Assembly: GCA_947469885.1 (NCBI GenBank)
Contig: CANIQT010000014.1
Location: forward strand, 44,305-108,304
Reading direction: 5' to 3'
DNA from: Bacteroidota bacterium
GTDB taxonomy: Bacteria > Bacteroidota > Bacteroidia > 2-12-FULL-35-15
DNA: 64,000 bases
The notes under the pieces are model-generated. The model saw only the letters and a list, made by a program, of their open reading frames with translations, had not been told where the DNA came from and ran no database searches. Below, in pieces: positions 21,378 through 30,469 of the stretch; the stretch's first letter is position 1, and every line of letters begins with the position of its first letter. Position numbers and translations under genes: made by a program.

Positions 21378-21416
21378 AAAAAAAGTGTGAGTTAAAGAAC
21401 ATTTTAACTCACACTT
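21378..21416 (-). terminator. Intra-operon terminator/stem-loop after nosZ
   Basis: 14-bp stem aagtgtgagttaaa / tttaactcacactt, followed on the minus strand by a U-run. Confidence 0.75.
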
Positions 21417-21424
21417 AGGGATAA

Positions 21425-23419
21425 TTATTTTTTATCGGAATTTTCAGCTGAAGCAATATTTTTTCCAGTACTGAACATTAAAGGAACATTGCTACCCGCA
21501 GGTGACACTCGCACATATCCTTGCATCTCCTGATGCAATGCACTGCAAAAATCCGTGCAATACATTGGTGAAATTCCAACTCTATCGGGAGTCCATTTAA
21601 GTGTTTGCGTTTCCCCTGGCATAATTAATAATTCTCCATTAGTTGCACCTTTGATTGCAAAACCATGAGGAACATCCCAATCCTGTTCAAGATTTGTAAC
21701 ATGAAAATAAACTTCATCACCAATTCTAATTCCTTCAATATTATCAGGAGTAAGGTGAGAACGAATAGCAGTCATATAAACATCTACTCTGTTTTTATCT
21801 CTAACCACCTTTGTTGTACCTTCTCCCATCGAAACATAAGGATTTTTGTTTTCATCAATTTTAAATATTTTAGTACAGTTGTTTTTAAGTAAATCCGCAG
21901 GGCAAATTTGAGCATAGTGAGGCTCTCCAATTGTTGGAAAATCTAAAATCATTTGCATTTTGTCACCACTGATATCAAACAATTGGGCACTTTGAGAAAG
22001 TTCAGGACCTGTAGGCAAATAACGGTCTTTGGTAATCTTATTATATGCAACCAAATATTTTCCGTTTGGAGTTTTTGTATCACCACCAGCAACACACAAA
22101 TGTCCAACAGAATAAAAAGTAGGAGCACGATCAACAACTTTTAAATCTTTGATATTCCATTTAACAACTTCAGATGAAACAAAAAAGGATGTATAAGCAT
22201 TTCCTTTATTATCAAATTCTGTATGAAGAGGTCCTAATCCTGGTTTTTTAACTTCACCGTATAATGCAGACTCATATTTAATTACTGGAATACCATCAAA
22301 ATCACCAGCATAATCCTTAGCAGCTATTGCTTTTTGTATTTTATCAAAGCTGAAAACTGGAATTATAGCAGCCAACTTACCACTACCAACAATATATTCT
22401 CCAGTAGGATTTACATCACAACCGTGAGGTGATTTAGGACAAGGAATAAAATAACACATGTCTTTCAACTCTTTCGAATCTAGAACAATAACTTCTGTCT
22501 TAATTTCTGATGTTGCTGAATGCGTTTTATCGCTATATGTATTATGAGCATATTTTGCGGCAACTTTTCTTCCTTTGCCTGCAGCGAGATATTCTTCTGC
22601 TTTTTTCCAATTCACAGCCATAATGAAATCTTTGTCTTTTTGCGAAGCATTTACTTCCAACAAAGTGTTAGCCTGTTCAGTATTATAACAGGAAAAGAAA
22701 AACCAACCATGAGAAACTCCCTTTCCAGCGCGACTTAAATCGAAGTTTACTCCCGGACATTGAATTTGAAAGGCAATATCCAATTTACCATCTTCTTTAC
22801 CAACACTAATAAAACTTAAATAACCTTTAAAGTTTTGTTTATAAGTATTAATTGGAACGTCACCATTTGCATCATCAGCAGGAACACTGAAACGGGTTCC
22901 AGCCACAACATATTCTGTGTTCTCTGTAATGAAAGGTGAAGAGTGATTTCCTGCACTGTTTGGCAACTCAATAATTTCTGCAGTTCGGAATGTTTTTAAA
23001 TCAATACGAGCAACACGTGGAGTATTGTTTGCATTACCAAATGCCCAACGACCATCATAATCTCCATTAGTCTTAGAAAGCTGAACGTGATGTAAATCAT
23101 CCCAAGGAACAAAACCATGAGAAGTATTTAACATTGGTTTAGTTTCTTCCGAAAAACCCCAGCCTTTTTCAGGGTCAACTGAAAACACAGGAATTACACG
23201 TAGCAAACGACCAGAAGGAAGACCGTAAGCGCTCATTTGTCCACTGAAGCCACCGCTGACAAAATTATAAAACTCATCATATTTGCCTGGTGCTACATAA
23301 GCTTTTGAAGCAGCATCACCACTTACTGCGTTACTTACACTTTTTGGTTTACAAGAATTGAACGAAAATGCCACTGCAATAGCAGTTAAACCAAGCATAC
23401 TAATTTTCAAATTTTTCAT
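21425..23419 (-). CDS. nosZ: Clade II (Sec-dependent) nitrous-oxide reductase
   Basis: CuZ His motifs DLHH, GNH, SPHG, GPLH, VGH, EPH. CuA HGF and CTDFCSALHQEM. Lipoprotein/Sec signal without twin-Arg. Confidence 0.98.
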   Translation of the reverse strand: MKNLKISMLGLTAIAVAFSFNSCKPKSVSNAVSGDAASKAYVAPGKYDEFYNFVSGGFSGQMSAYGLPSGRLLRVIPVFSVDPEKGWGFSEETKPMLNTSHGFVPWDDLHHVQLSKTNGDYDGRWAFGNANNTPRVARIDLKTFRTAEIIELPNSAGNHSSPFITENTEYVVAGTRFSVPADDANGDVPINTYKQNFKGYLSFISVGKEDGKLDIAFQIQCPGVNFDLSRAGKGVSHGWFFFSCYNTEQANTLLEVNASQKDKDFIMAVNWKKAEEYLAAGKGRKVAAKYAHNTYSDKTHSATSEIKTEVIVLDSKELKDMCYFIPCPKSPHGCDVNPTGEYIVGSGKLAAIIPVFSFDKIQKAIAAKDYAGDFDGIPVIKYESALYGEVKKPGLGPLHTEFDNKGNAYTSFFVSSEVVKWNIKDLKVVDRAPTFYSVGHLCVAGGDTKTPNGKYLVAYNKITKDRYLPTGPELSQSAQLFDISGDKMQMILDFPTIGEPHYAQICPADLLKNNCTKIFKIDENKNPYVSMGEGTTKVVRDKNRVDVYMTAIRSHLTPDNIEGIRIGDEVYFHVTNLEQDWDVPHGFAIKGATNGELLIMPGETQTLKWTPDRVGISPMYCTDFCSALHQEMQGYVRVSPAGSNVPLMFSTGKNIASAENSDKK

Positions 23420-23455
23420 AACGTTTTTTTATTATTTAGTTTAGTTTATTATTTT

Positions 23456-23956
23456 TTATTTTACTCCATCATTTTTACGCATAAATTCTAATAATGCTCT
23501 AGCATCATCGTCAGTTAGACTCTGATTAGGCATCCTAACGAGACAAATTTCCAATTGAGCTTGAGCAGCAGGGTCTTTATTAATCATTTCATCTGTATTG
23601 GTAATAAAATTCATAATCCAAGCTGGCTGATGACGACTAGTAACACCTATCCAACCTGGACCAACTAATTTTTCTGTGGTTAATTTATGACAAGCAGAAC
23701 ATTTAACGTCAAATGTTTTACTTCCTGCATCAGCCATTGCCACATCTAATTTTTCACTCAGTGCAACGTCTTTAAACTTTCCTTCTCCTCTTTTAGGATC
23801 ATATTTTTCAACACCAACTGAGGAAGGAGATTCTGCACTTGAAGCAGATGAATTGGATGATGTTGCCGCTTGATTTCCTTCTGATGAGTCACCTCCACAG
23901 GCAACAATAAAAAGCCCAAATGAACTTAGAATACTTATTGCTAATAATTTTTTCAT
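23456..23956 (-). CDS. Monoheme cytochrome c lipoprotein of the clade II nos cluster
   Basis: Lipobox IVAC, CSACH, VGP, RMPNQ axial Met. Directly upstream of nosZ. Confidence 0.92.
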   Translation of the reverse strand: MKKLLAISILSSFGLFIVACGGDSSEGNQAATSSNSSASSAESPSSVGVEKYDPKRGEGKFKDVALSEKLDVAMADAGSKTFDVKCSACHKLTTEKLVGPGWIGVTSRHQPAWIMNFITNTDEMINKDPAAQAQLEICLVRMPNQSLTDDDARALLEFMRKNDGVK

Positions 23957-24023
23957 GGTTTATAGTTTAAGTTTATTTAATTTATTTACAGTGCAAAACT
24001 ACTCTGATTGCATAATTCAGATT

Positions 24024-24039
24024 TATGATTACAATCATA
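24024..24039. promoter_or_regulatory. TATGA-N6-TCATA site of the nos promoter
   Basis: TATGATTACAATCATA. The minus-strand -7 box TAGTTTTG lies at 23994-24001, 22 bp away. Confidence 0.72.
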
Positions 24040-24156
24040 AGAGGTTTATTTACCAAGATGATATTATTATATCAGAATTACAAAAGACCGCAAACCACAA
24101 CAAATTCAAGTATTTTGCAATATTTTTTATTCAAACAAAATAAAAAATAAATTTAA

Positions 24157-24172
24157 TATGATATATATCATA
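24157..24172. promoter_or_regulatory. TATGA-N6-TCATA site upstream of the Crp/Fnr gene
   Basis: Perfect palindrome TATGATATATATCATA. The -7 box TACCTTTG is at 24205-24212 (32-bp gap). Confidence 0.65.
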
Positions 24173-24236
24173 CTCAAAATCCGACAATTCTTTTTTTTAC
24201 ACTTTACCTTTGACCTAAATAATTTAGAACTTTATT

Positions 24237-24830
24237 ATGATAGATACAAATATATTATTAGCATGGGGTGCAACTTTTAAAAAATATTGCCAAGGAGACA
24301 TAATTTTTGAAGAAGGGGCAAGTTGCAATTTCTATTTTCAATTAATTGAAGGTAGAGTTAAATGGGTAAATTTTAATAGTGAAGGGAAAGAGTTTATTCA
24401 AACTATAATTGAACCTAATGAGAGTTTTGGAGAACTTCCCCTATTCGATGAAGGTCCTTATGCAGCTTGTGCTATCGCAGATGAAGATTGCTTGATAATG
24501 AGATTGAAAAAAGAAACTTTTACTCAATTAATATGTGAAAATTCTGATATAAATTTAAGTTTTACAAAGTTACTTGCAAAACGTCAACGATATGAATTTT
24601 TACTTTTAAAAACCATTGCGTTTGAAAATCCAGAAAAAAGGATTTCAACCTTACTCACACATTTTAAAAACAAACAAGTAAATACAAATCGCCAACTTTA
24701 CCAAGTAAATCTTACCCGACAACAAATCGCCAATATGACTGGTTTGAGAGTAGAAACAGTTATTCGAGAAATCCGAAATTTGAATTTAAAAGGTCGCCTG
24801 CAAATAATTCATGGAAAAGTTTTTGTTTAA
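24237..24830 (+). CDS. Crp/Fnr family transcriptional regulator
   Basis: cNMP-binding-like domain (GDIIFEEG, SFGELPLF) and HTH LTRQQIANMTGLRVETVIR. Confidence 0.95.
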   Translation: MIDTNILLAWGATFKKYCQGDIIFEEGASCNFYFQLIEGRVKWVNFNSEGKEFIQTIIEPNESFGELPLFDEGPYAACAIADEDCLIMRLKKETFTQLICENSDINLSFTKLLAKRQRYEFLLLKTIAFENPEKRISTLLTHFKNKQVNTNRQLYQVNLTRQQIANMTGLRVETVIREIRNLNLKGRLQIIHGKVFV

Positions 24831-24831
24831 T

Positions 24832-24847
24832 TATGACTACGGTCATG
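24832..24847. promoter_or_regulatory. TATGA-N6-TCAT site of the nor-like/tnaA operon promoter
   Basis: TATGACTACGGTCATG. The -7-like box GTACTTTG is at 24870-24877. Confidence 0.68.
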
Positions 24848-24890
24848 TGTAGACATTATTTTTTTTTCGGTACTTTGCCAAAATATTTTT

Positions 24891-26126
24891 ATGGAACAAA
24901 CTTTACATAAATGGATTCGAATTGCTATTATTAATCTTAATATTATTGCGTTTATAGGAATCATTTTAAGATATAAAATTGCTTTCTCACTTCCGTTCAT
25001 TGATCAAAAACATTTATTACATGGTCATTCACATTTTGCTTTTGCAGGTTGGGTAACTCAAGCATTAATGATATTAATGGTTGCTTTCTTGTATTCTAAA
25101 GGGTTAAAAAATTCTTTCAAAAAGTACTTCTGGTTACTCCTTTTTAATTTACTAACTGCATACGGAATGTTGATTTCTTTTCCAATAGAGGGTTACGGAC
25201 TTTTCTCGATAACCTTTTCTACTCTTTCCATTTTCGTGTCTTACTTTTTTGCTGTGATTTTTTGGAAAGATTTGAATAGCCTAAAATCAACTTCTTCAAG
25301 CCATCTATGGTTCAAAGCCGCTATAATACTAAATTCAATTTCTTCTCTTGGAGCATTTGCATTGGCATTTATGATGGCTAAACATATTATACATCAAAAC
25401 TGGTATTTATCCTCTGTTTATTATTATCTGCATTTTCAATATAACGGATGGTTCTTTTTCGCTTGTATCGGCCTTCTTATTGATAAATTAGAATCTTATA
25501 AAATTTACAGTAAATTATACAAATTAATTTTCTGGCTTTTCTTTATCGCTTGTTTCCCTGCATATTTTTTGTCTACTTTATGGATGTCAATTCCAACTTG
25601 GACTTACATTATAGTTATACTTTCAGCAATAACGCAGGTTGTAGCCTGGTTTTTACTTATAAGAATAATGTATCATAATCTAGATACTTTGAATAGGGTT
25701 ACTACATTAGCATCAAAATGTTTGTTTTCTTTATCTGCGTTTGCACTATCTGTTAAGTTTCTTTTACAATTAGGTTCAACCTATCCTTCTTTAAGTACAT
25801 TAGCTTTTGGATTTCGTCCAATCGTAATTGGGTATTTGCATTTGGTCTTACTTGGTGCTATAACAATTTTTATTATTGGATATTTGGTAGCAAGAAATTT
25901 TGTTTCGATGAAGCGAAAATCCATTTTCGGTATGTGTATTTTTGTTTTTGGTATCATTTTTAATGAAATACTTTTGATGACTCAGGGTATTGCTGGTTTA
26001 AAATATGAAAGTGTTCCATTTACAAATGAATTACTTCTAATTGCGTCCATAATTATGTTTTCTGGAATATTGCTATTTGTTATAGGGCAGTACAAAAACA
26101 AATTACAATTACAAAATTCCGAATGA
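24891..26126 (+). CDS. His-rich polytopic membrane protein (NnrS/heme-copper-fold-like, function unknown)
   Basis: About 12 TM. His motifs HGHSHFAFAGW, YLHFQYNGW and YLHLVLLG recur in pseudo-threefold fashion. Confidence 0.7.
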   Translation: MEQTLHKWIRIAIINLNIIAFIGIILRYKIAFSLPFIDQKHLLHGHSHFAFAGWVTQALMILMVAFLYSKGLKNSFKKYFWLLLFNLLTAYGMLISFPIEGYGLFSITFSTLSIFVSYFFAVIFWKDLNSLKSTSSSHLWFKAAIILNSISSLGAFALAFMMAKHIIHQNWYLSSVYYYLHFQYNGWFFFACIGLLIDKLESYKIYSKLYKLIFWLFFIACFPAYFLSTLWMSIPTWTYIIVILSAITQVVAWFLLIRIMYHNLDTLNRVTTLASKCLFSLSAFALSVKFLLQLGSTYPSLSTLAFGFRPIVIGYLHLVLLGAITIFIIGYLVARNFVSMKRKSIFGMCIFVFGIIFNEILLMTQGIAGLKYESVPFTNELLLIASIIMFSGILLFVIGQYKNKLQLQNSE

Positions 26127-26536
26127 AACACTACTGGAAAATATATTTTTTTACTTTACTCCAAATTGGTTTCTTTATCTATTCATATATTTTATATTCT
26201 TCAAATTCCTTCCAATATCGAAACGACTACAAAAGTTCGTCTGCTCAACAAGGAGAGCTAGTTTGGCAAAAATACAATTGCCAGAGTTGCCATCAAATGT
26301 ACGGCCTAGGTGGGTATTTAGGACCTGACTTAACAAATGTAATTTCAGTAAAAGGGAAAAACAATAACTACATTCTAGCAATAATAAAATCAGGCTCCAT
26401 CCAAATGCCTTCGTTTAATTTAAGTGACGTTGAAAAAATAAATTTAATTGAATTCCTTAAATCAACTGATGCAAGTGGAAAGGCAGATCCAAGAAGTTTC
26501 GATTCACAATTCACAGGTATGATATCTAATAAATGA
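26123..26536 (+). CDS. NorC-like membrane-anchored cytochrome c
   Basis: N-terminal TM. GELVWQKYNCQSCHQMYGLGGYLGPDLTNV and QMP parallel the NorC pattern CxxCH..G.GAYFAP.L..V / MP. Confidence 0.85.
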   Translation: MKHYWKIYFFTLLQIGFFIYSYILYSSNSFQYRNDYKSSSAQQGELVWQKYNCQSCHQMYGLGGYLGPDLTNVISVKGKNNNYILAIIKSGSIQMPSFNLSDVEKINLIEFLKSTDASGKADPRSFDSQFTGMISNK

Positions 26537-27876
26537 AAACCACTAATGAATATAGTATTGGAGAATACTTTATAGCTGTTGCCCTTATAATGCTAATATT
26601 TGGATTAATTTTCGGTGTACTTGCTTCTGCTAATTATATCTTTCCAGCGTATTCCAAAAATTGGTTGGGTTTTGTCCAACTTCGCCCGCTACATGTTTCA
26701 AGCATTATGTTTTTTATTTTGATAGGCGCAAGTGGTTGTGTTTATAGTAGTTTTAATATCATCTCTCCATATAAAATAAATAATTCATTAGCAAAACTTC
26801 AATTAGGATGTTGGATCCTTTCGATCATTTTCATATTATTTTCTTATTTCAATTCCAAATTCGGAGGGAGAGAGTATTGGGAGTTCCCTCCTAAGTATGC
26901 TATTTTAATAGCGTTTACCTGGTTGTTATTTATTATTAATGTTATTCGAATTATTAGAGAAACAAAAGAAAAACCAGTTTATATTTGGATGTGGGCCACA
27001 GGAATTTTCTTTTTTATTCTCACATTTTCCGAAAATTATCTTTGGCAGTTTCCTTATTTCCGAGAACATTTTGTAAAAGATATGACAATTCAATGGAAGG
27101 CAAATGGCTCCCTTGTAGGTTCTTGGAATCAATTAATCTACGGTACATCCTTTTTTTTAATCGAGAAAATAAGTAAAAATAAATCATATGCTAAATCTAA
27201 TTTAGCGTTCGTTATGTATTTTCTTGGGTTGTTTAATCTGATGTTTAATTGGGGGCATCACATTTATACACTACCTACAGACAGCTACGTGCGTTATGTT
27301 AGTTATATAGTAAGTATGACAGAATGGATTTTCCTTGCACGAATAATTTATACCTTCAGAAAAAATTTAACCGAAGCACAAAAGTTATTTCATCATTTCC
27401 CTTATCGCTTTTTATTTGCTTCCGAAATATGGGTATTCTTAAATTTATCTCTTGCACTTGTTATGTCAGTACCTGCTTTTAATTTATATACACACGGAAC
27501 TCATGTTACTGTAGCACATGCTATGGGCACTACAATTGGGATAAATACGATGATATTGCTGGGAGCTTGTTTCGAGTTTTTAAAACCAGAAACCGATTTA
27601 TTATCTAATGGCTCAAAATTGCTAAAGTTCTTTTTCTGGAGCTTTCAAATAACACTTTTTGTTTTTTGGATAACTCTAATAATCATGGGAATTAAAAAAG
27701 GTTTATGGCAAATGGGAAATCAGTCTGATTCGTTCAACATGATGATGAGCACGCTACATGGAGAGTTTCAAGTATTTGTTGTTTCAGGGTTTATGCTCAT
27801 GATTTCATTAGTGGTAATAATTATTTCATTGCTTAATTCATTTTTTAGAAATCATTTTCAATTCAAAACAATATAA
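26533..27876 (+). CDS. Divergent NorB-like heme-copper oxidase superfamily subunit I
   Basis: RPLH (H54), GREYWEFP Ca-loop, WGHH (H242/H243), E264, YTHGTHVTVAHAM. The canonical HLWVE is replaced by NGSLV. Confidence 0.85.
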   Translation: MKTTNEYSIGEYFIAVALIMLIFGLIFGVLASANYIFPAYSKNWLGFVQLRPLHVSSIMFFILIGASGCVYSSFNIISPYKINNSLAKLQLGCWILSIIFILFSYFNSKFGGREYWEFPPKYAILIAFTWLLFIINVIRIIRETKEKPVYIWMWATGIFFFILTFSENYLWQFPYFREHFVKDMTIQWKANGSLVGSWNQLIYGTSFFLIEKISKNKSYAKSNLAFVMYFLGLFNLMFNWGHHIYTLPTDSYVRYVSYIVSMTEWIFLARIIYTFRKNLTEAQKLFHHFPYRFLFASEIWVFLNLSLALVMSVPAFNLYTHGTHVTVAHAMGTTIGINTMILLGACFEFLKPETDLLSNGSKLLKFFFWSFQITLFVFWITLIIMGIKKGLWQMGNQSDSFNMMMSTLHGEFQVFVVSGFMLMISLVVIIISLLNSFFRNHFQFKTI

Positions 27877-27880
27877 TAAT

Positions 27881-29272
27881 ATGGAAAATTTTAAAACCAT
27901 TATTGAACCATTTAAAATAAAAATGGTCGAACCCATTCATCTCAGCACTGCCGAACAACGCAAAGAATATTTAAGAGAGGCGCACTACAACCCCTTTGCA
28001 TTGGATTCTGATAAAGTGATAATCGATTTTCTTACCGACAGCGGAACTTCTGCGATGAGTTCCAATCAATGGGCAGGAATGATGCAGGGTGACGAATCGT
28101 ATGCAGGAGCTAGTAGTTGGCATAAAATGAGGAACAGTATTTTTGATTTGACTGGACACGAATTCATATTGCCAACACATCAAGGCAGAGCTGCGGAGCG
28201 TATTTTGTATGGTTATCTCGGAGGGAAAGGAAAAACATTTATCAGCAATACACACTTTGATACCACACGTGCCAACATCGAATTTTCAGGTGCCGAAGCT
28301 ATTGATATACCTTGTGAAGAAATAAAGAACAATAAACATTTTTATCCATTTAAGGGAAATATGGATTTAATGAAATTGGAAAAACTAATTATAGAAAAAG
28401 GTCCCGAAAATATCGCAGCGGTAATTCTAACCGTTACTAACAATAGTGGTGGTGGGCAACCTGTAAGTATGGAAAATGCAAAATCCATTTCAATTATTTG
28501 TAAAAAATATAAGATAAATTATTTTCTCGATTGTTGCAGAGTTGCTGAAAATTCTTACTTCGTGAGGCACCGAGAAAAGGAATATGAACACAAAACCTAC
28601 CTAGAGATTGCACAGGAATTGTTTTCACTAACTGATGGTGCAATAATGAGTGCAAAAAAAGATGCCCTGGTTAACATGGGTGGATTTCTTTCTTTGAAAA
28701 ACAAAGAACTAGCTGATGCTTGTAAGAACTTACTGATTATCACAGAAGGATTTGCTACTTATGGTGGTCTTTCTGGACGTGACATGGAAGCAATAGCAAT
28801 TGGTTTGAAAGAGGTGTTCGAACCTGATTATTTACATTATCGCATAACAAGTACTACTTTTCTCGGTGATAAATTAAAAGCCATGGGAGTTCCATTAATT
28901 TATCCGATTGGCGGACATGCAGTATATATTGATGCGAAAGAGCTTTACAATCATATTCCAATTCATGAGTATCCAGGTCAGGCTTTGGTTTGTGAATTAT
29001 ATTTAACAGGAGGAATAAGAACTGTTGAAATTGGTTCGGTTATGTTTGGCAAATATGATGAAGACGGAAAATTAATCCCCGCCCCAATGGAATTAGTTCG
29101 TTTAGCAATTCCAAGAAGGGTGTATACTCAAAGCCACATAGAATATGTGATTGAAGTATTCGAAAAAATAATGCTGAATAGACATAAAGTAAGAGGACTA
29201 AAAATTACAGAAGAACCAAAGTTCTTAAGACATTTTACAGCTAAATTTGAAAATTTAACTGACATATTTTAA
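27881..29272 (+). CDS. tnaA: Tryptophanase (beta-eliminating lyase)
   Basis: EPFKIKMVE, DFLTDSGT, PTHQGRAAE, PLP Lys in MSAKKD, RLAIPRRVYT. C-terminal LRHFTA is tryptophanase-type, not the TPL LRFFTA. Confidence 0.9.
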   Translation: MENFKTIIEPFKIKMVEPIHLSTAEQRKEYLREAHYNPFALDSDKVIIDFLTDSGTSAMSSNQWAGMMQGDESYAGASSWHKMRNSIFDLTGHEFILPTHQGRAAERILYGYLGGKGKTFISNTHFDTTRANIEFSGAEAIDIPCEEIKNNKHFYPFKGNMDLMKLEKLIIEKGPENIAAVILTVTNNSGGGQPVSMENAKSISIICKKYKINYFLDCCRVAENSYFVRHREKEYEHKTYLEIAQELFSLTDGAIMSAKKDALVNMGGFLSLKNKELADACKNLLIITEGFATYGGLSGRDMEAIAIGLKEVFEPDYLHYRITSTTFLGDKLKAMGVPLIYPIGGHAVYIDAKELYNHIPIHEYPGQALVCELYLTGGIRTVEIGSVMFGKYDEDGKLIPAPMELVRLAIPRRVYTQSHIEYVIEVFEKIMLNRHKVRGLKITEEPKFLRHFTAKFENLTDIF

Positions 29273-29295
29273 TAAATTTTGAAACCATAAATAAC

Positions 29296-30210
29296 ATGAA
29301 AAAACTACTATTTATAGCCGCAATCATTACTACAACCTCTGCCTTCAGTCAATGTGCCTGTTGCGCCGGATCTTTTACTGGAGCATCGAACGGAGATGCC
29401 AACAACGGTATTCTAACATTAAACGAAAAACAATTTGTCGTCGAAGCATATGCAGATTACAGAACTGTACAATCTGGGGAAGTAATTGAAGATGAGGAAA
29501 AGCTCTTACAAAGTATGTTTATTGGGTCCGTGGGGGCTCGATATGGAATAACCGATGAAATAACTATTTCTGGACTAATCCCTTATGTGCAGTTGCATAC
29601 CAGCAATGGAAATGATAAAGGGGTAGGCGATTTATCATTGCTCGGAACTTTTAGAATTCATAGTAAAAATAATTTCAGCATTGCTTTGCAAGAAGGCGTA
29701 GAGTTGCCCACCGGCATTCAAAAAAATTCTAATTTCGATAACACAACAGTCGTTATCGGCTCAGGTTCTTACGACCCCATCACAGGAATCATTATTTCCA
29801 AAAAGCTAAACAAATTTACTATTCGCCTAAATGTCCTTTATAAATTTACTACTCAGGGATTTCAACAAAATTATTACGGTAGTGTGGCTTCTCATAACGC
29901 TTCTGTTTTTTATAATCTCAAAACGGTGAACGCCTGCTATCCTACTGATAGTGTAGTAAACATACACTCCGATTTTGGATGCAATCTCTCACTCGGCTAT
30001 TATGGCGAATGGCTCGATAAAATTAAAGAAGATAATGTGGTGGATGAAAACTCGGGCTACTATGCAGCATTTGCAAACATAGGAACAATTCTTCTTTATA
30101 AAAAATGGAGTTTGCCTGTAACCATTTCTTTACCTATAATCTCACAAATGAACGGCTCCCAAAACAATCCGGGTTACAGATTGCGAATCGGAATAATTAA
30201 ATCTTTTTGA
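29296..30210 (+). CDS. Putative outer-membrane beta-barrel 'transporter' with N-terminal CxCC motif
   Basis: Signal peptide then QCACCAG. GVGDLSL, GVELPTG and GSGSYD motifs. Amphipathic strands and terminal Phe. Confidence 0.7.
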   Translation: MKKLLFIAAIITTTSAFSQCACCAGSFTGASNGDANNGILTLNEKQFVVEAYADYRTVQSGEVIEDEEKLLQSMFIGSVGARYGITDEITISGLIPYVQLHTSNGNDKGVGDLSLLGTFRIHSKNNFSIALQEGVELPTGIQKNSNFDNTTVVIGSGSYDPITGIIISKKLNKFTIRLNVLYKFTTQGFQQNYYGSVASHNASVFYNLKTVNACYPTDSVVNIHSDFGCNLSLGYYGEWLDKIKEDNVVDENSGYYAAFANIGTILLYKKWSLPVTISLPIISQMNGSQNNPGYRLRIGIIKSF

Positions 30211-30321
30211 GAAAAGAAAAAATACTAAAAATGTTACTTTACAGAAGCATTATTCAATGACAATTAATTTTCATTTAAACTCCTTTGAATTGGAAAAACA
30301 GAAGCACTTGAAGTTAAATAA

Positions 30322-30337
30322 TATGATTTTAATCACA
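30322..30337. promoter_or_regulatory. TATGA-N6-TCACA site upstream of nrdJ
   Basis: TATGATTTTAATCACA. Confidence 0.55.
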
Positions 30338-30469
30338 TTTATTTTGTACAAAACGAATCACTGTTCATAAAACTTACTGAATGTTTACAACTGTAAATTT
30401 TTGCAGTATCTTCTCTTTATAACTTGCACTCAAAATTTATTCTTCATCTTACAATTAAAAAAAATCAGT

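Noticed and set aside
26533..27876. cbb3 oxidase subunit I, canonical norB, or NO dismutase
   Set aside because: There is no helix VI His or cross-link Tyr and no ccoOP. The HLWVE glutamates are missing. The HH pair is intact and there is no qNOR-type N-terminal fusion, unlike NOD.
27881..29272. Tyrosine phenol-lyase
   Set aside because: MSAKKD and LRHFTA match tryptophanase rather than TPL (MSGKKD, LRFFTA).
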